A DNA stretch of 64,000 nt from NCBI GenBank assembly GCA_001442985.1, contig LDYB01000020.1:225698-289697 (forward strand). The letters are read 5' to 3'. The notes below the pieces were generated by a model, which made no database searches, was not told the origin of the DNA, and saw only the letters and a program-made list of their open reading frames with translations. The DNA comes from Armatimonadetes bacterium DC. Lineage in GTDB: Bacteria; Armatimonadota; Fimbriimonadia; Fimbriimonadales; GBS-DC. Each line of letters opens with the position of its first letter. Position 1 is the first letter of the stretch. This document shows positions 37,587-46,746 of the stretch, one piece after another. The translations under genes were made by a program, and so were the position numbers.

Positions 37587-38383
37587 TCCCAGCGCACCTC
37601 CTCCGCGCGAAACACGGGACCCTCCACGCACGCCCGCCGATACCAGACCCCGCCATCGGGCAGGGCAATGGGCACGGCGCATCCGCCACATGCGCCCACC
37701 CCGCACGGCATCGGCGCATCGAGCGAAATCTGGCACGGCACGCCCCGCGCCAGACAGATTCGGCTCACCACCTGAAGCATTGCGTTCGGTCCGCAGGCGT
37801 AGACCGCACTGGGTACGGGTTCGGTCAGCGCCCCCTCCAGCAGATCGGTAACCAGCCCCGCGTAGCCCTGCGAGCCGTCTTCGGTGGCAATCTGCACTTC
37901 CGCGCCCAGCGCCCGGAACTCGTCCAGCCCCACCAGCAGGTCGCGGCGGCGTGCGCCCGCCAGCATCACCAGGCGTTGCCCTTTCGGAAGCACCGACACC
38001 AGCCGCGTCGCCAGAAAACTCAGCGGCGGCGCCCCCACTCCGCCCGCCACCAGAATATGCCGCACTACCCCCTCCACAGGCTGGAAATGATTGCCCAGCG
38101 GACCCAGCACCGAAAGCGTCGCGCCCACAGGTTTCAGCGACAGCAGCTCCGTAAACGGACCCTGCACCGCGTAGAAGATGCTGAACACTCCCTTATCGGG
38201 GTTCGCACGCCAGATACTGTAGGGGCGTCGCCACAGGGGCGCGTAGAGCGCCATCGGGCGCACCATCACAAACTGACCGGGTTTGGCGGTCTCGGCAATC
38301 GGCGGCGCGTGCAGAATCAACTCATACTGATTCGGCGCACGCACGCGATGCTCCACCACAGTCGCCGCAAGCTCCCACATCAC
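37583..38383 (-). CDS. pyrK: Dihydroorotate dehydrogenase electron-transfer subunit PyrK
   Basis: FAD/NAD-binding fold plus C-terminal 2Fe-2S motif CGVGACGGC. Confidence 0.85.
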   Translation of the reverse strand: MMWELAATVVEHRVRAPNQYELILHAPPIAETAKPGQFVMVRPMALYAPLWRRPYSIWRANPDKGVFSIFYAVQGPFTELLSLKPVGATLSVLGPLGNHFQPVEGVVRHILVAGGVGAPPLSFLATRLVSVLPKGQRLVMLAGARRRDLLVGLDEFRALGAEVQIATEDGSQGYAGLVTDLLEGALTEPVPSAVYACGPNAMLQVVSRICLARGVPCQISLDAPMPCGVGACGGCAVPIALPDGGVWYRRACVEGPVFRAEEVRWE

Positions 38384-39066
38384 CGGTAAGTGTACCCGTG
38401 CAGAGCGCCCTCCACCTCAGGAACCTCCCACTCCAGCCCGAACACCGCGCCGAACTGGCGTTGCACGACCTGCTTCACCTGCTCCATCGGCACGGGACGC
38501 CCCAGCAGGCGCGAGAGCGAAGTAACGCCCTTGTCGGCAATCCCGCAGGGCACAATGAGCTGAAACAGGCTCAGGTCGTTGTTCACATTCAGCGCGAATC
38601 CGTGCATGCTGACCCACCGCGCCACGCGAATGCCAATCGCCGCAACTTTCTCGTCGCCGACCCAGACTCCCGTGTAAGGTGGGTTGCGCCCCGCATCCAC
38701 GCCAAACTCGGCAAGGCTCCGAATGAGCGCTTCTTCGATATCGCGCAGGAAGCGGTGCAAATCGCGCCCGTGCGCCCCCACATCAAAAATCGGGTAGCCC
38801 ACCAGCTGACCGGGATTGTGGCAGGTTACATCGCCCCCACGGTCGGTACGGCACACCTCAATCCCGCGCTGAGCGTAGAATTCGGGGCTGAAGAGCAGAT
38901 TCTCGGCGCGGAACCCTTTGCCCAGCGTAATCACGGGCGGATGCTCCAGCAAAAGAAGCGTGTCGGGGATGGCGTGTGTCTGGCGCTTCGCGTGGAGTTC
39001 CTGCTGAATCTGCCACGCCTCCGCGTAGGAAATCACTCCCAGGTCCAGTACCCATCCCCGACGCAT
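38380..39066 (-). CDS. lipB: Octanoyltransferase (lipoyl(octanoyl) transferase)
   Basis: LLEHPPVITLGKG ... TDRGGDVTCHNPGQLVGYPI ... IGIRVARWVSMHGFALNV are LipB family motifs. Confidence 0.85.
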   Translation of the reverse strand: MRRGWVLDLGVISYAEAWQIQQELHAKRQTHAIPDTLLLLEHPPVITLGKGFRAENLLFSPEFYAQRGIEVCRTDRGGDVTCHNPGQLVGYPIFDVGAHGRDLHRFLRDIEEALIRSLAEFGVDAGRNPPYTGVWVGDEKVAAIGIRVARWVSMHGFALNVNNDLSLFQLIVPCGIADKGVTSLSRLLGRPVPMEQVKQVVQRQFGAVFGLEWEVPEVEGALHGYTYR

Positions 39067-39069
39067 GGC

Positions 39070-39867
39070 TTACTGGGCGCGCGCCCGCTGGATTGCCTGC
39101 TGAATCACGGGGCGCACTGCCGCTATCGGCAGAACGCACTCTGAAGCGCCCGTGCCGAACCCCAGGTCTTCCTCGTCGTCGCTCTTTGTGGCGGGGCGTA
39201 TCGTGGAGATGACCCCTACCGCGAACCCTTCCGCGTCAAATACGGGCAGCCCCTGCTCTGAGGTCGCCACATCGAGAATGTACGCTCTGCGCGGCTTGGA
39301 AACCTCCGCCACAACCATCAGCTTCATCAGATAGGGCACGAAGTCGTAGCCCCTGGGCATGCGCGTCACGCAGAAAAGCTCCGAGCCGAGCTCCAGCGGG
39401 TTCTCCTTGAACTCCACAGGCTTGAGCGTGCGCCCCTGCAGGTCCTTGATTTTGAGAAACGCCAGCCCCAGCTGGGAGTCGGTCGCCACCAGCTGTGCCT
39501 CGTATTCCTTGCTCTCCTGCTCAAAAATCACCTTGAAGCTCTGGGGAGCGAGTTTCAGGTCCACCTTCTCCAGGTCCTCGAGGTCTATATCCATCAGCTG
39601 CGCGAAACTTTCGGTGGTCAGGATGGAGCTGGAAATCATGACCACTCCGTCTTCGGAGACGACAGCCCCGCGCTGGCTGAACTTGGCTTCTTCTGAGTGG
39701 CTTTCGCCCTCTGCCTTGACATCCACCTTCACCACCGCCCGCACGGTGACGATGCTCGGCGAAACCTTCTGCACCAGCGTGCGGGTTCGGCTCGCAGGCG
39801 ACTGGGCATGGGCAACCAGCGCCAGAGAGAGGAGACAGGTAAGCCCCAAAAGCGTGCGTGCTTTCAT
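39070..39867 (-). CDS. Secreted trypsin-fold HtrA-like protein lacking catalytic His and Ser (pseudo-protease), paralog 1
   Basis: Signal peptide (MKARTLLGLTCLLSLALVAHA). Conserved blocks VSPSIVTV, QSFKV and ATDSQLGLAFLKIKDL shared with paralog 2 and with the HtrA fold. His (TNxHV) and Ser (GNSGGP) positions are substituted. Start re-set to ATG 39867 (SD TAAGGAGG). Confidence 0.6.
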   Translation of the reverse strand: MKARTLLGLTCLLSLALVAHAQSPASRTRTLVQKVSPSIVTVRAVVKVDVKAEGESHSEEAKFSQRGAVVSEDGVVMISSSILTTESFAQLMDIDLEDLEKVDLKLAPQSFKVIFEQESKEYEAQLVATDSQLGLAFLKIKDLQGRTLKPVEFKENPLELGSELFCVTRMPRGYDFVPYLMKLMVVAEVSKPRRAYILDVATSEQGLPVFDAEGFAVGVISTIRPATKSDDEEDLGFGTGASECVLPIAAVRPVIQQAIQRARAQ

Positions 39868-39877
39868 CGTCGCCTCC

Positions 39878-40672
39878 TTACTGCTTGCGCTCCAGCGCTT
39901 TGTCCAGCGTGGGCTTGAACTCGGCGTAGGGGAGCAGGTAGACGCTGAACGCGGAAGCGCTTCGTCTACCAAAAAGCCCGCCCGATTCTTCTTCCTGGGC
40001 ACTCTGGTCGTAGAGCAGGATAATAACTCCGACGGCTTCGCCATCGGGGGTATAAAGCAGTGTGCCTGGCTCCACCCCTGTCGATGCTTCCGAAAGAATC
40101 AGGGCGCGGCGCGGTTTGGTGATGGCGCCCGTGACAGGCACGCGCTCCAGATAGGGGGCATAGTCAAAGGTTTTTCCCTTGCGCCGGAGCGCCCAGAGTT
40201 CCTCGCCCACGCGCGGGGTGGTGTCTTTGAATCGGACAGGGGTGAGCGTGCGCTCGCCCAGCTCCTTCACTTTAATAAACCCCACGCCCAGCTGGGAGTC
40301 GGTTGCCAGCAGCTCGGCGTCGTACTGTTTTGTATCCCCGGCAAAAGTAACCTTGAAGCTCTGGGGGGTCAGTTTCATCTGGAACCCTTCGCGCTCGCCG
40401 AAGACCTGCTTCAGCCACTCTGTGGAGAAGGGGATAGAGGGCACCAGAATCACCCCATCGGCGGTCAGCACTGTGCCCGTGAGGGTCTGTTTTTGCTCGC
40501 CGGTATCGTTCTCCTCGCCGAAGGAGACCTCGTAGCGCACCACCACCTCTACGGAAACGATGCTCGGCGCGACCTTCTCAAGGAACTTCTGCTGGGGCGT
40601 CGCGGCAGACTCTTGCGCCGTGGCGCCAGCCGTGATGATCAGGGCAGTCAGCCCGATTAGCCATGTTCTCAT
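39878..40672 (-). CDS. Secreted trypsin-fold HtrA-like protein lacking catalytic His and Ser (pseudo-protease), paralog 2
   Basis: Signal peptide. VAPSIVSV ... QSFKV ... ATDSQLGVGFIKVKEL. No NHV or GNSGG motif. Confidence 0.6.
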   Translation of the reverse strand: MRTWLIGLTALIITAGATAQESAATPQQKFLEKVAPSIVSVEVVVRYEVSFGEENDTGEQKQTLTGTVLTADGVILVPSIPFSTEWLKQVFGEREGFQMKLTPQSFKVTFAGDTKQYDAELLATDSQLGVGFIKVKELGERTLTPVRFKDTTPRVGEELWALRRKGKTFDYAPYLERVPVTGAITKPRRALILSEASTGVEPGTLLYTPDGEAVGVIILLYDQSAQEEESGGLFGRRSASAFSVYLLPYAEFKPTLDKALERKQ

Positions 40673-40684
40673 CGGTTTTGCCTC

Positions 40685-42736
40685 CTAATTGCTGTTGGTA
40701 ATCTCTTTCCAGTCAGGTTCCAGAAAGGCGAAGGTGGTCTCACGCTCGCGAAGCACGAACACCACCAGCACGGGGGGCTGCTTCTGGAGCGCGTCCCGCA
40801 TGACCTGCTGGAAATCTTCCGTATTGCGGATGGGTTGTTCGTTGATGGCAAGAATCACATCGTTCACGCGCAGCCCGCCCAGCTGCGCCCAGCCGCCGTT
40901 TGTGACATCCGTAACCAGCACGCCCTGCTGGTCTTCCTTCCAGCGGTTGCGCATGCGGTCAATCGGGGTGATGTCGCGCACGGCGAACTCCAGCTCGCGC
41001 TGGCGCACCACCTTCACCGACTCGGCGGAAGCAGGGCTGGGTTCCATCTTAACGGCGATTTCCATGCGCTCGCCGTTGCGCAGAACCGTGAATGTGGCGT
41101 TTTCACCGATGGTCAACTGCTCCACGCGACGCTCCAGATCGCGGGCATCCTGCACTCGGGAGGCTTCCAGTGGCTCCCCGTTCAGCGCAATAATAATGTC
41201 GCCTACCTGTAGCCCCGCTTTGCTCGCTTCGGTGTAGGGAAGAACCTCCGTGATACGGAATCCCTTCAGGTCGGGCTGCCCCAGCGACTCGGCAACCTGG
41301 CGGGTGATGACCTGCGTGCGCACGCCCAGCCACGCGCGCGGCAGTTCCACGCTGGGGCTGGGATCGCTGGGCGGCTTGTTGCGCACGGCGCTAATGAGAA
41401 TCTCCTCCCGGCGCTGGATGGTGATGGGGATGAGCTCTTTATCTTTGTAAGCCTCTATCGCTTCCGCCAGTTCCTTGAGGTTGCGGGTGGGCTTGTCGCC
41501 AATCTTGAGGATGGCGTCGCCCGTGTTGATTTTGGGTTCTGCGCTGTCCATCGGGTAGCCGGGGCGGATTCCTGTGATTTGCACGGCGTCGCGGGGGAGT
41601 TTCTGGGCGCGCGCCATCGCGGGGGTAATCTCTCGCGCTGTGAATCCCAGCGAGCGGAACTCGTCTTCCTGCCCATAAAATGGCTCCAGCCGCTCCACCG
41701 TGATGGGGAGCTTCTGGCGTGTCCCGTTGCGTTCAATCTCTACCGTAACGGTTTTGCCAATCGGCAGGTCGGCAATCAGTTGATAGATGAGCGGAATCTC
41801 TTCCACGAAGCGGGCATTCGTCGGTTTGCCGTCGATGGATAGCACAATATCGCCTGCTTTCAGCCCTGCCCGTTCCGCAGCCGAATCGGGCGTTACGGCA
41901 GCCACCAGCACGCCTGTTGTGCGCTTGAGTTTATCCACCGGCATCGCGCGAAAGCCCAGCCAGCCGCGCTCCACTTTGCCCGTGGTCAGCACCTGCTCCA
42001 GCACGCGCTTCGCAATCCGCGAGGGAATCGCAAACCCCAGCCCCGAACCCCCTAACTGGTTGATACCCACCACTTCGCCTTTGAGGTTGACCAGCGGTCC
42101 CCCAGAGTTGCCGGGCAGAATCAGCGCGTCGTGCTGGATCCAGCGGGTCAGCATGCCAGAGCGGTCGCCCTGCTCGAACTCCACGCTTTCAATCTCGGAA
42201 CTGATAGGGTTCACGAACACCCGTTTCGGGTTGGACACAATCCCCAGCGTCACGGACGAGGAGAGCAGCAGCGGGTTGCCCATCGCCAGCACATAGTCGC
42301 CTGTCTTGAGCGCGTCCGAGTCGCCCAGCGGGGCGTAGGCGAACTTGCGGGGGGGCGCGTTTTCGGGCTGACGGATTTTCAACACGCTTAAATCGGTCAA
42401 AGGGTCGTTGCACAGCACGCGCGCTTCAAACCGTTCGCCTGTGCCCAGCGTGCAAAAGATGCGCACCGCATCCTCCGCCACATGGTAGTTGGTCAGCACC
42501 ACGCCGTCGGGCGACACAATCACGCCGCTGCCGCCGCTGATTCCGTACTGGGCACGCCCGCTATCGAAGTAGCGTGAGACCACCAGAATGTTCACCAGCG
42601 CGGGGAAGACCTTATCGCGCGCCTGTTCAATATCTCTACGGAGCGCGTCGGGCACGCGAGTGCGCTGTGCATAAACGGGAACGACCGCCCACACCAGCAG
42701 AAGAGCAATCAGTATGTTACGCCACATAGAGAGCAT
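40685..42736 (-). CDS. htrA: HtrA/DegP-family serine protease with four PDZ-like domains
   Basis: Catalytic triad in context (TNYHVAED, DLSVLKI, GNSGGPLVN). Four successive PDZ-like segments (GWLGF.., RSLGF.., AWLGV.., LEFAVRDI..). Signal peptide. Confidence 0.88.
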   Translation of the reverse strand: MLSMWRNILIALLLVWAVVPVYAQRTRVPDALRRDIEQARDKVFPALVNILVVSRYFDSGRAQYGISGGSGVIVSPDGVVLTNYHVAEDAVRIFCTLGTGERFEARVLCNDPLTDLSVLKIRQPENAPPRKFAYAPLGDSDALKTGDYVLAMGNPLLLSSSVTLGIVSNPKRVFVNPISSEIESVEFEQGDRSGMLTRWIQHDALILPGNSGGPLVNLKGEVVGINQLGGSGLGFAIPSRIAKRVLEQVLTTGKVERGWLGFRAMPVDKLKRTTGVLVAAVTPDSAAERAGLKAGDIVLSIDGKPTNARFVEEIPLIYQLIADLPIGKTVTVEIERNGTRQKLPITVERLEPFYGQEDEFRSLGFTAREITPAMARAQKLPRDAVQITGIRPGYPMDSAEPKINTGDAILKIGDKPTRNLKELAEAIEAYKDKELIPITIQRREEILISAVRNKPPSDPSPSVELPRAWLGVRTQVITRQVAESLGQPDLKGFRITEVLPYTEASKAGLQVGDIIIALNGEPLEASRVQDARDLERRVEQLTIGENATFTVLRNGERMEIAVKMEPSPASAESVKVVRQRELEFAVRDITPIDRMRNRWKEDQQGVLVTDVTNGGWAQLGGLRVNDVILAINEQPIRNTEDFQQVMRDALQKQPPVLVVFVLRERETTFAFLEPDWKEITNSN

Positions 42737-42799
42737 CCTCGCAGGGAATTATACCTTTCGCTCAGGGTGCGGAGGTACGCTCTCCGCACCCTGCGGGTC

Positions 42800-44308
42800 T
42801 CATATTCCATAAAGCGCGCCGAACTTGCGCTCGAAGTAGTTCAGCAGGGGTTCCGCGCTGGGCGCTTTGCCCGTAACACGCTCCACCAGCTGCTTCGCTG
42901 TGTAGCGCTTGCCGTGCTGATGGATGTTCTCACGGAGCCACTCCAGCAGGGGCGTGAACTCGCCCTTGCGGAACATCGCATGCAGGTCGCCCAGATCGCG
43001 CTCCGCCGCCTCAAAGAACATCGCCGCGTACAGGTTGCCCAGCGTGTAGGTGGGGAAGTAGCCGATCATCCCACCCGACCAGTGGACATCCTGCAGCACG
43101 CCTTCCGCATCGTTCGGCGGGGTGAACCCCATGTAGGCGCGGAACCGCTCGTTCCACGCATCGGGCAGGTCCACCGCTTCCAGCTCGCCCCGCAACAACG
43201 CCAGCTCCAGCTCAAAGCGCAACAGAATGTGCAGGTTGTAAGTGACCTCATCGGCTTCCACGCGGATGGTGGAGGGCTGGACGGCATTAATGGCGAACAC
43301 GAAGGCGTCCAGCGGCACATCGCTCAGGGCGCCGAAGTGCTGCTGGGCGATTGGGTAGAAATGCTCCCAGAAGGCGTGGCTGCGCCCCACGAAGTTTTCC
43401 CACATGCGCGACTGCGACTCATGCACGCCCAGCGACGCCGCGCCGCCCAGCGGCGTGCCGAAATGCTCCGCGGGCAGTCCTATCTCATAGAGTGCATGCC
43501 CCAGCTCGTGAATCGTGCCGAACAGCGAGGGGCTGAGAAAGTCTTCATAGTAGCGCGTGGTGATTCGCACATCGCCAGGCGTGATGCGCGTGGCGAAGGG
43601 GTGAACCGTGGGGTCTAAGCGTCCGGCTTCCCAGTCAAAGCCGATGCGTTCCGCCACCAGCCGGCAGAACTTTTCCTGCGCGTCGCGCGGGTAGTGGCGA
43701 TGGAGGATGCTGGTATCAGGCTGGCGGGGGGCGTTGCGGATGCGCTCCACCAGTTGGGGCGTGCGCTCGCGCAGGGGCGCAAAGAGTGCCTCCACCTCCT
43801 CGGCGGTCATACCCTGCTCATACTCGTCCAGCAGGGCGTCGTAAGGCTCTTTTTCGTAACCGAGTCGCTCTGCTATCTCGCGCACCAGCGCCACAATCTT
43901 CTCCAGATGGGGCTTGAAGTGCGCAAAATCCGACTTTTCGCGTGCCTGCTCCCACGCCTTTTCGGCAATCGCTGTAACGCGCGTGAATTCTGCCACCAGC
44001 TCGGTGGGCAGTTTGGTCATGCGGTCATAGCGTCGGCGCCACTGGCGAATGTTCACCGCGCTATCGCTTTCAGGGTCTGCCACCAGATCGCTCTGCTCCA
44101 CAATCTGGAGCCACTCGCCCACGCGCGGGTCGGTCGTGCGCTCGTGAATCAGGCGCGAGAGCAACGCGAACTGCTCGGCGCGATAGGGGGTCGCTTTGGG
44201 GGGCATCGTGACGCGCTGATCCCAGCCCAAAACGCCCATCACCGAACCCAGAAGCGAGGTCTCTTTAGACCATGCCACTAACTGCTCATATGCGGTTTTT
44301 GCGTCCAT
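42800..44308 (-). CDS. M32 carboxypeptidase (Taq-type)
   Basis: HELGHALYE (HExxH), DxRxT and HESQS motifs of the thermostable carboxypeptidase family. Start set to the second ATG (MDAKT), 5 nt after AAGGAGG. Confidence 0.88.
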   Translation of the reverse strand: MDAKTAYEQLVAWSKETSLLGSVMGVLGWDQRVTMPPKATPYRAEQFALLSRLIHERTTDPRVGEWLQIVEQSDLVADPESDSAVNIRQWRRRYDRMTKLPTELVAEFTRVTAIAEKAWEQAREKSDFAHFKPHLEKIVALVREIAERLGYEKEPYDALLDEYEQGMTAEEVEALFAPLRERTPQLVERIRNAPRQPDTSILHRHYPRDAQEKFCRLVAERIGFDWEAGRLDPTVHPFATRITPGDVRITTRYYEDFLSPSLFGTIHELGHALYEIGLPAEHFGTPLGGAASLGVHESQSRMWENFVGRSHAFWEHFYPIAQQHFGALSDVPLDAFVFAINAVQPSTIRVEADEVTYNLHILLRFELELALLRGELEAVDLPDAWNERFRAYMGFTPPNDAEGVLQDVHWSGGMIGYFPTYTLGNLYAAMFFEAAERDLGDLHAMFRKGEFTPLLEWLRENIHQHGKRYTAKQLVERVTGKAPSAEPLLNYFERKFGALYGI

Positions 44309-44327
44309 AGGTGCCTCCTTCATTTTT

Positions 44328-44681
44328 TCAGTAGCTCATGTGCCCGGGGGTAGGGCAGCGCACCTGCCCCGTGCTGGGGTCATACTGGTAAGGTTGCCCG
44401 GACACCGGGCAAACCAGTATCGTGGAGGGCAAGCCCAGCCCATTCAGGTCAGGTGGCGGAGTTTCTTCGGTGGTCATGCGGATTTGAATCGCCTGCCGTA
44501 TCTGGCTCAGGTTGTTGCGGCATTCCACGCTTTCGGCGGCTTGCTTGACCTCGCCGACGCGGCTCACAGGCGGTGTGCCCGAACCGGAAGAGGGCGCGCT
44601 CCCGCCCGTGCCGTCGTAGAGCCAGACCATCAACAGCACTCCGAGGATGGCTACGGCGGCTAAAATTCCGACTAATCGCAT
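44328..44681 (-). CDS. Pilin-like small protein (TM helix + H-X9-DG/DUF1559-type C-terminus) lacking the canonical GFTLVE prepilin motif
   Basis: N-terminal hydrophobic helix. ECRNNLSQIRQAI ... CPVSG ... CPTPGH parallels CRSNLRQIQAA ... CPSGG ... CSITGH of 46747..47145. Confidence 0.5.
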   Translation of the reverse strand: MRLVGILAAVAILGVLLMVWLYDGTGGSAPSSGSGTPPVSRVGEVKQAAESVECRNNLSQIRQAIQIRMTTEETPPPDLNGLGLPSTILVCPVSGQPYQYDPSTGQVRCPTPGHMSY

Positions 44682-44701
44682 CGTTTCGCTCCTCGCCTGG
44701 T

Positions 44702-46183
44702 CTATTCGCCTTCCAGCGCAACATAGGCGCGGAGTCCGTGAACCCCGCCTTCGCGCCCGAAGCCGCTCTCTTTGTAGCCGCCGAACGGGCTGGCGGGGTC
44801 AAACTTGTTGTAGGTGTTGCACCAGATAACGCCCGCCTTCAGTTTGGAGGCGAACGCGAGGTAGCGGCTGCCCTTGCTGGTCCAGACGCCTGCCGATAGC
44901 CCGTAGCGCGTGTTGTTGGCAATCTCCACCGCCTCGTCGGGCGTGCGGAAGGTCAGCACCGCCAGCACGGGTCCAAAAATTTCCTCGCGGGCAACCGTGT
45001 GCGCCATGCTCACGCCTGTCAGCACCGTCGGGCGGAACCAGTAGCCCTTGCTGGGCAGCTCGCACTCGCACTGGAACACCTGGGCGCCCTCTTCCAGCCC
45101 GATTCGCACATAATGCTCAATCTTGCGCAGTTGCATCAGCGAGTTAATCGCGCCGACATCGGTGTTCTTGTCCAGTGGGTCGCCCACGCGCAACAGTTGA
45201 ATCCGGCGCTGGAGCTTGCGAATCACGATCGGGTAGATGCTCTCCTGTACCAGCAGGCGGCTGCCCGCACAGCACACATGCCCCTGATTGAAGTAGATGC
45301 CATTGATGATGCCCTCTATTGCCTGGTCAATATCGGCATCCTCAAAGATGATGTTCGCCGCCTTGCCGCCCAGCTCCAGGGTGAGCTTTTTGCGCGTGCC
45401 CGCGACCGCCTTCTGGATTTTCTTACCCACTTCGGTGCTGCCCGTGAAGGCAATCTTATCCACATCGGGGTGTTGCACCAGCAGGGCGCCCGTTTGCCCA
45501 TCGCCTGTGATGATGTTCACCACGCCGGGGGGCAGTTCCGCCTGCTGGAACACCTCGCACATCAGCAGGGCGGTGAGGGGTGTCGTTTCGGCGGGTTTCA
45601 GCACGACCGTGTTGCCGCAGGCTAACGCGGGCGCGATTTTCCATGCGAGCATCAGCAGGGGGAAGTTCCACGGGATGATTTGCCCAGCGACGCCCAGCGG
45701 GCGCGGCTTGCGCCCTGCGAAGGCGTATTCCAGCTTATCCGCCCAGCCTGCGTGATAGAAAAAGTGTGCCGAGGCGAGCGGGATGTCCACATCGCGCGAC
45801 TCACGAATCGGCTTGCCCCCATCCAGACTCTCCAGCACGGCGAACTCGCGGGAGCGCTCCTGAAGAATTCGGGCGATTCGGAACAGGTATTTGGCGCGCT
45901 CTTTGCCGGGCAGTTTGCTCCAGACCTCTTCGTAGGCGCGGCGGGCGGCGCGCACGGCGCGATCCACATCCTCTGCCCCTGCGTAGGCGACCTCCGCCAG
46001 CACCTCCTCGTTCGCAGGGTTCAGTGTCGGGAAATACTGCCCGCTCAGAGGCTCCACAAACTCGCCGTTGATGAACAGCCCATAGCGCGGCTGGAGTTTG
46101 ACAATCTGGCGCGCCTCAGGGGCAGGCGCATACTCCCAGCGCACTGCCTTCTGTGCCGATTGCCCATTTGTTCGGCTTGCCAT
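44702..46183 (-). CDS. NAD(P)-dependent aldehyde dehydrogenase
   Basis: ELGGKAANIIFEDAD (catalytic Glu), CCAGSRLLVQE (catalytic Cys), GSTEVGKKI. Confidence 0.9.
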   Translation of the reverse strand: MASRTNGQSAQKAVRWEYAPAPEARQIVKLQPRYGLFINGEFVEPLSGQYFPTLNPANEEVLAEVAYAGAEDVDRAVRAARRAYEEVWSKLPGKERAKYLFRIARILQERSREFAVLESLDGGKPIRESRDVDIPLASAHFFYHAGWADKLEYAFAGRKPRPLGVAGQIIPWNFPLLMLAWKIAPALACGNTVVLKPAETTPLTALLMCEVFQQAELPPGVVNIITGDGQTGALLVQHPDVDKIAFTGSTEVGKKIQKAVAGTRKKLTLELGGKAANIIFEDADIDQAIEGIINGIYFNQGHVCCAGSRLLVQESIYPIVIRKLQRRIQLLRVGDPLDKNTDVGAINSLMQLRKIEHYVRIGLEEGAQVFQCECELPSKGYWFRPTVLTGVSMAHTVAREEIFGPVLAVLTFRTPDEAVEIANNTRYGLSAGVWTSKGSRYLAFASKLKAGVIWCNTYNKFDPASPFGGYKESGFGREGGVHGLRAYVALEGE

Positions 46184-46184
46184 C

Positions 46185-46589
46185 TCACGACCGCTCCTTC
46201 TTGATAATCTTGCCGCCCTCGCGTGTGCTGGCGTCTATCTCGTTCTTGAAGGTGTTGTTGCCGACCCGCCTCTCTTTGAAGAAGCGCCCAATCACCACCA
46301 CCTCGTCACCGTCCTCAATATCGGGATGCCCGTAGGTGAAGACGGTCAGCGTCTGCTTCTCGCCGAGCTTGAAAGTGGTGTATTTATTGCCAGCGCGCGA
46401 GGTGCGCTTCTTGATGTCTGAAACTTTGCCTTCCACCTGAACCAGTTTCTTGTGGAAGTTATCGGGGTCTTTGAGGATGGCAGCGACCGTTGTCTGAACG
46501 GGTTTCTCTTTTGGCTCTGATTTTTCCTGTGCGCCCAGCGGTGCGCTCCAGAGCAACGCCACAATCGTCAATAAGGTTAGCGTTCGCAT
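46185..46589 (-). CDS. Secreted OB-fold (BOF/YgiW-like) protein
   Basis: Signal peptide. KKLVQVEGKVSDIKKRTSRAGNKYTTFKLGEKQTLTVFTYGHPDIEDGDEVVVIGRF is a BOF-type OB fold. Confidence 0.5.
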   Translation of the reverse strand: MRTLTLLTIVALLWSAPLGAQEKSEPKEKPVQTTVAAILKDPDNFHKKLVQVEGKVSDIKKRTSRAGNKYTTFKLGEKQTLTVFTYGHPDIEDGDEVVVIGRFFKERRVGNNTFKNEIDASTREGGKIIKKERS

Positions 46590-46637
46590 CGTTGTCCTCC
46601 TGATCGGGTTTTCGCGAAGCCGCCTGTTTCTCCTGCA

Positions 46638-46643
46638 ATTCTA
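46638..46643 (-). promoter_or_regulatory. -10 box TAGAAT (within GGTAGAATTGCAGGAGA) for the OB-fold gene
   Basis: Reverse complement of attcta. Leader of ~45 nt with an AGGAGG SD before ATG 46589. The same 16-nt motif recurs at 48434..48449. Confidence 0.4.
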
Positions 46644-46746
46644 CCCTTTCCCGCGAAAACCCGTAGATTTTGCAGTGTAAGGTGGGGGATGGGGGATGGA
46701 ATAACCCTTTCAGCGGAGGAAACGGCGTGCTGAGCGCCGCCCGCCA

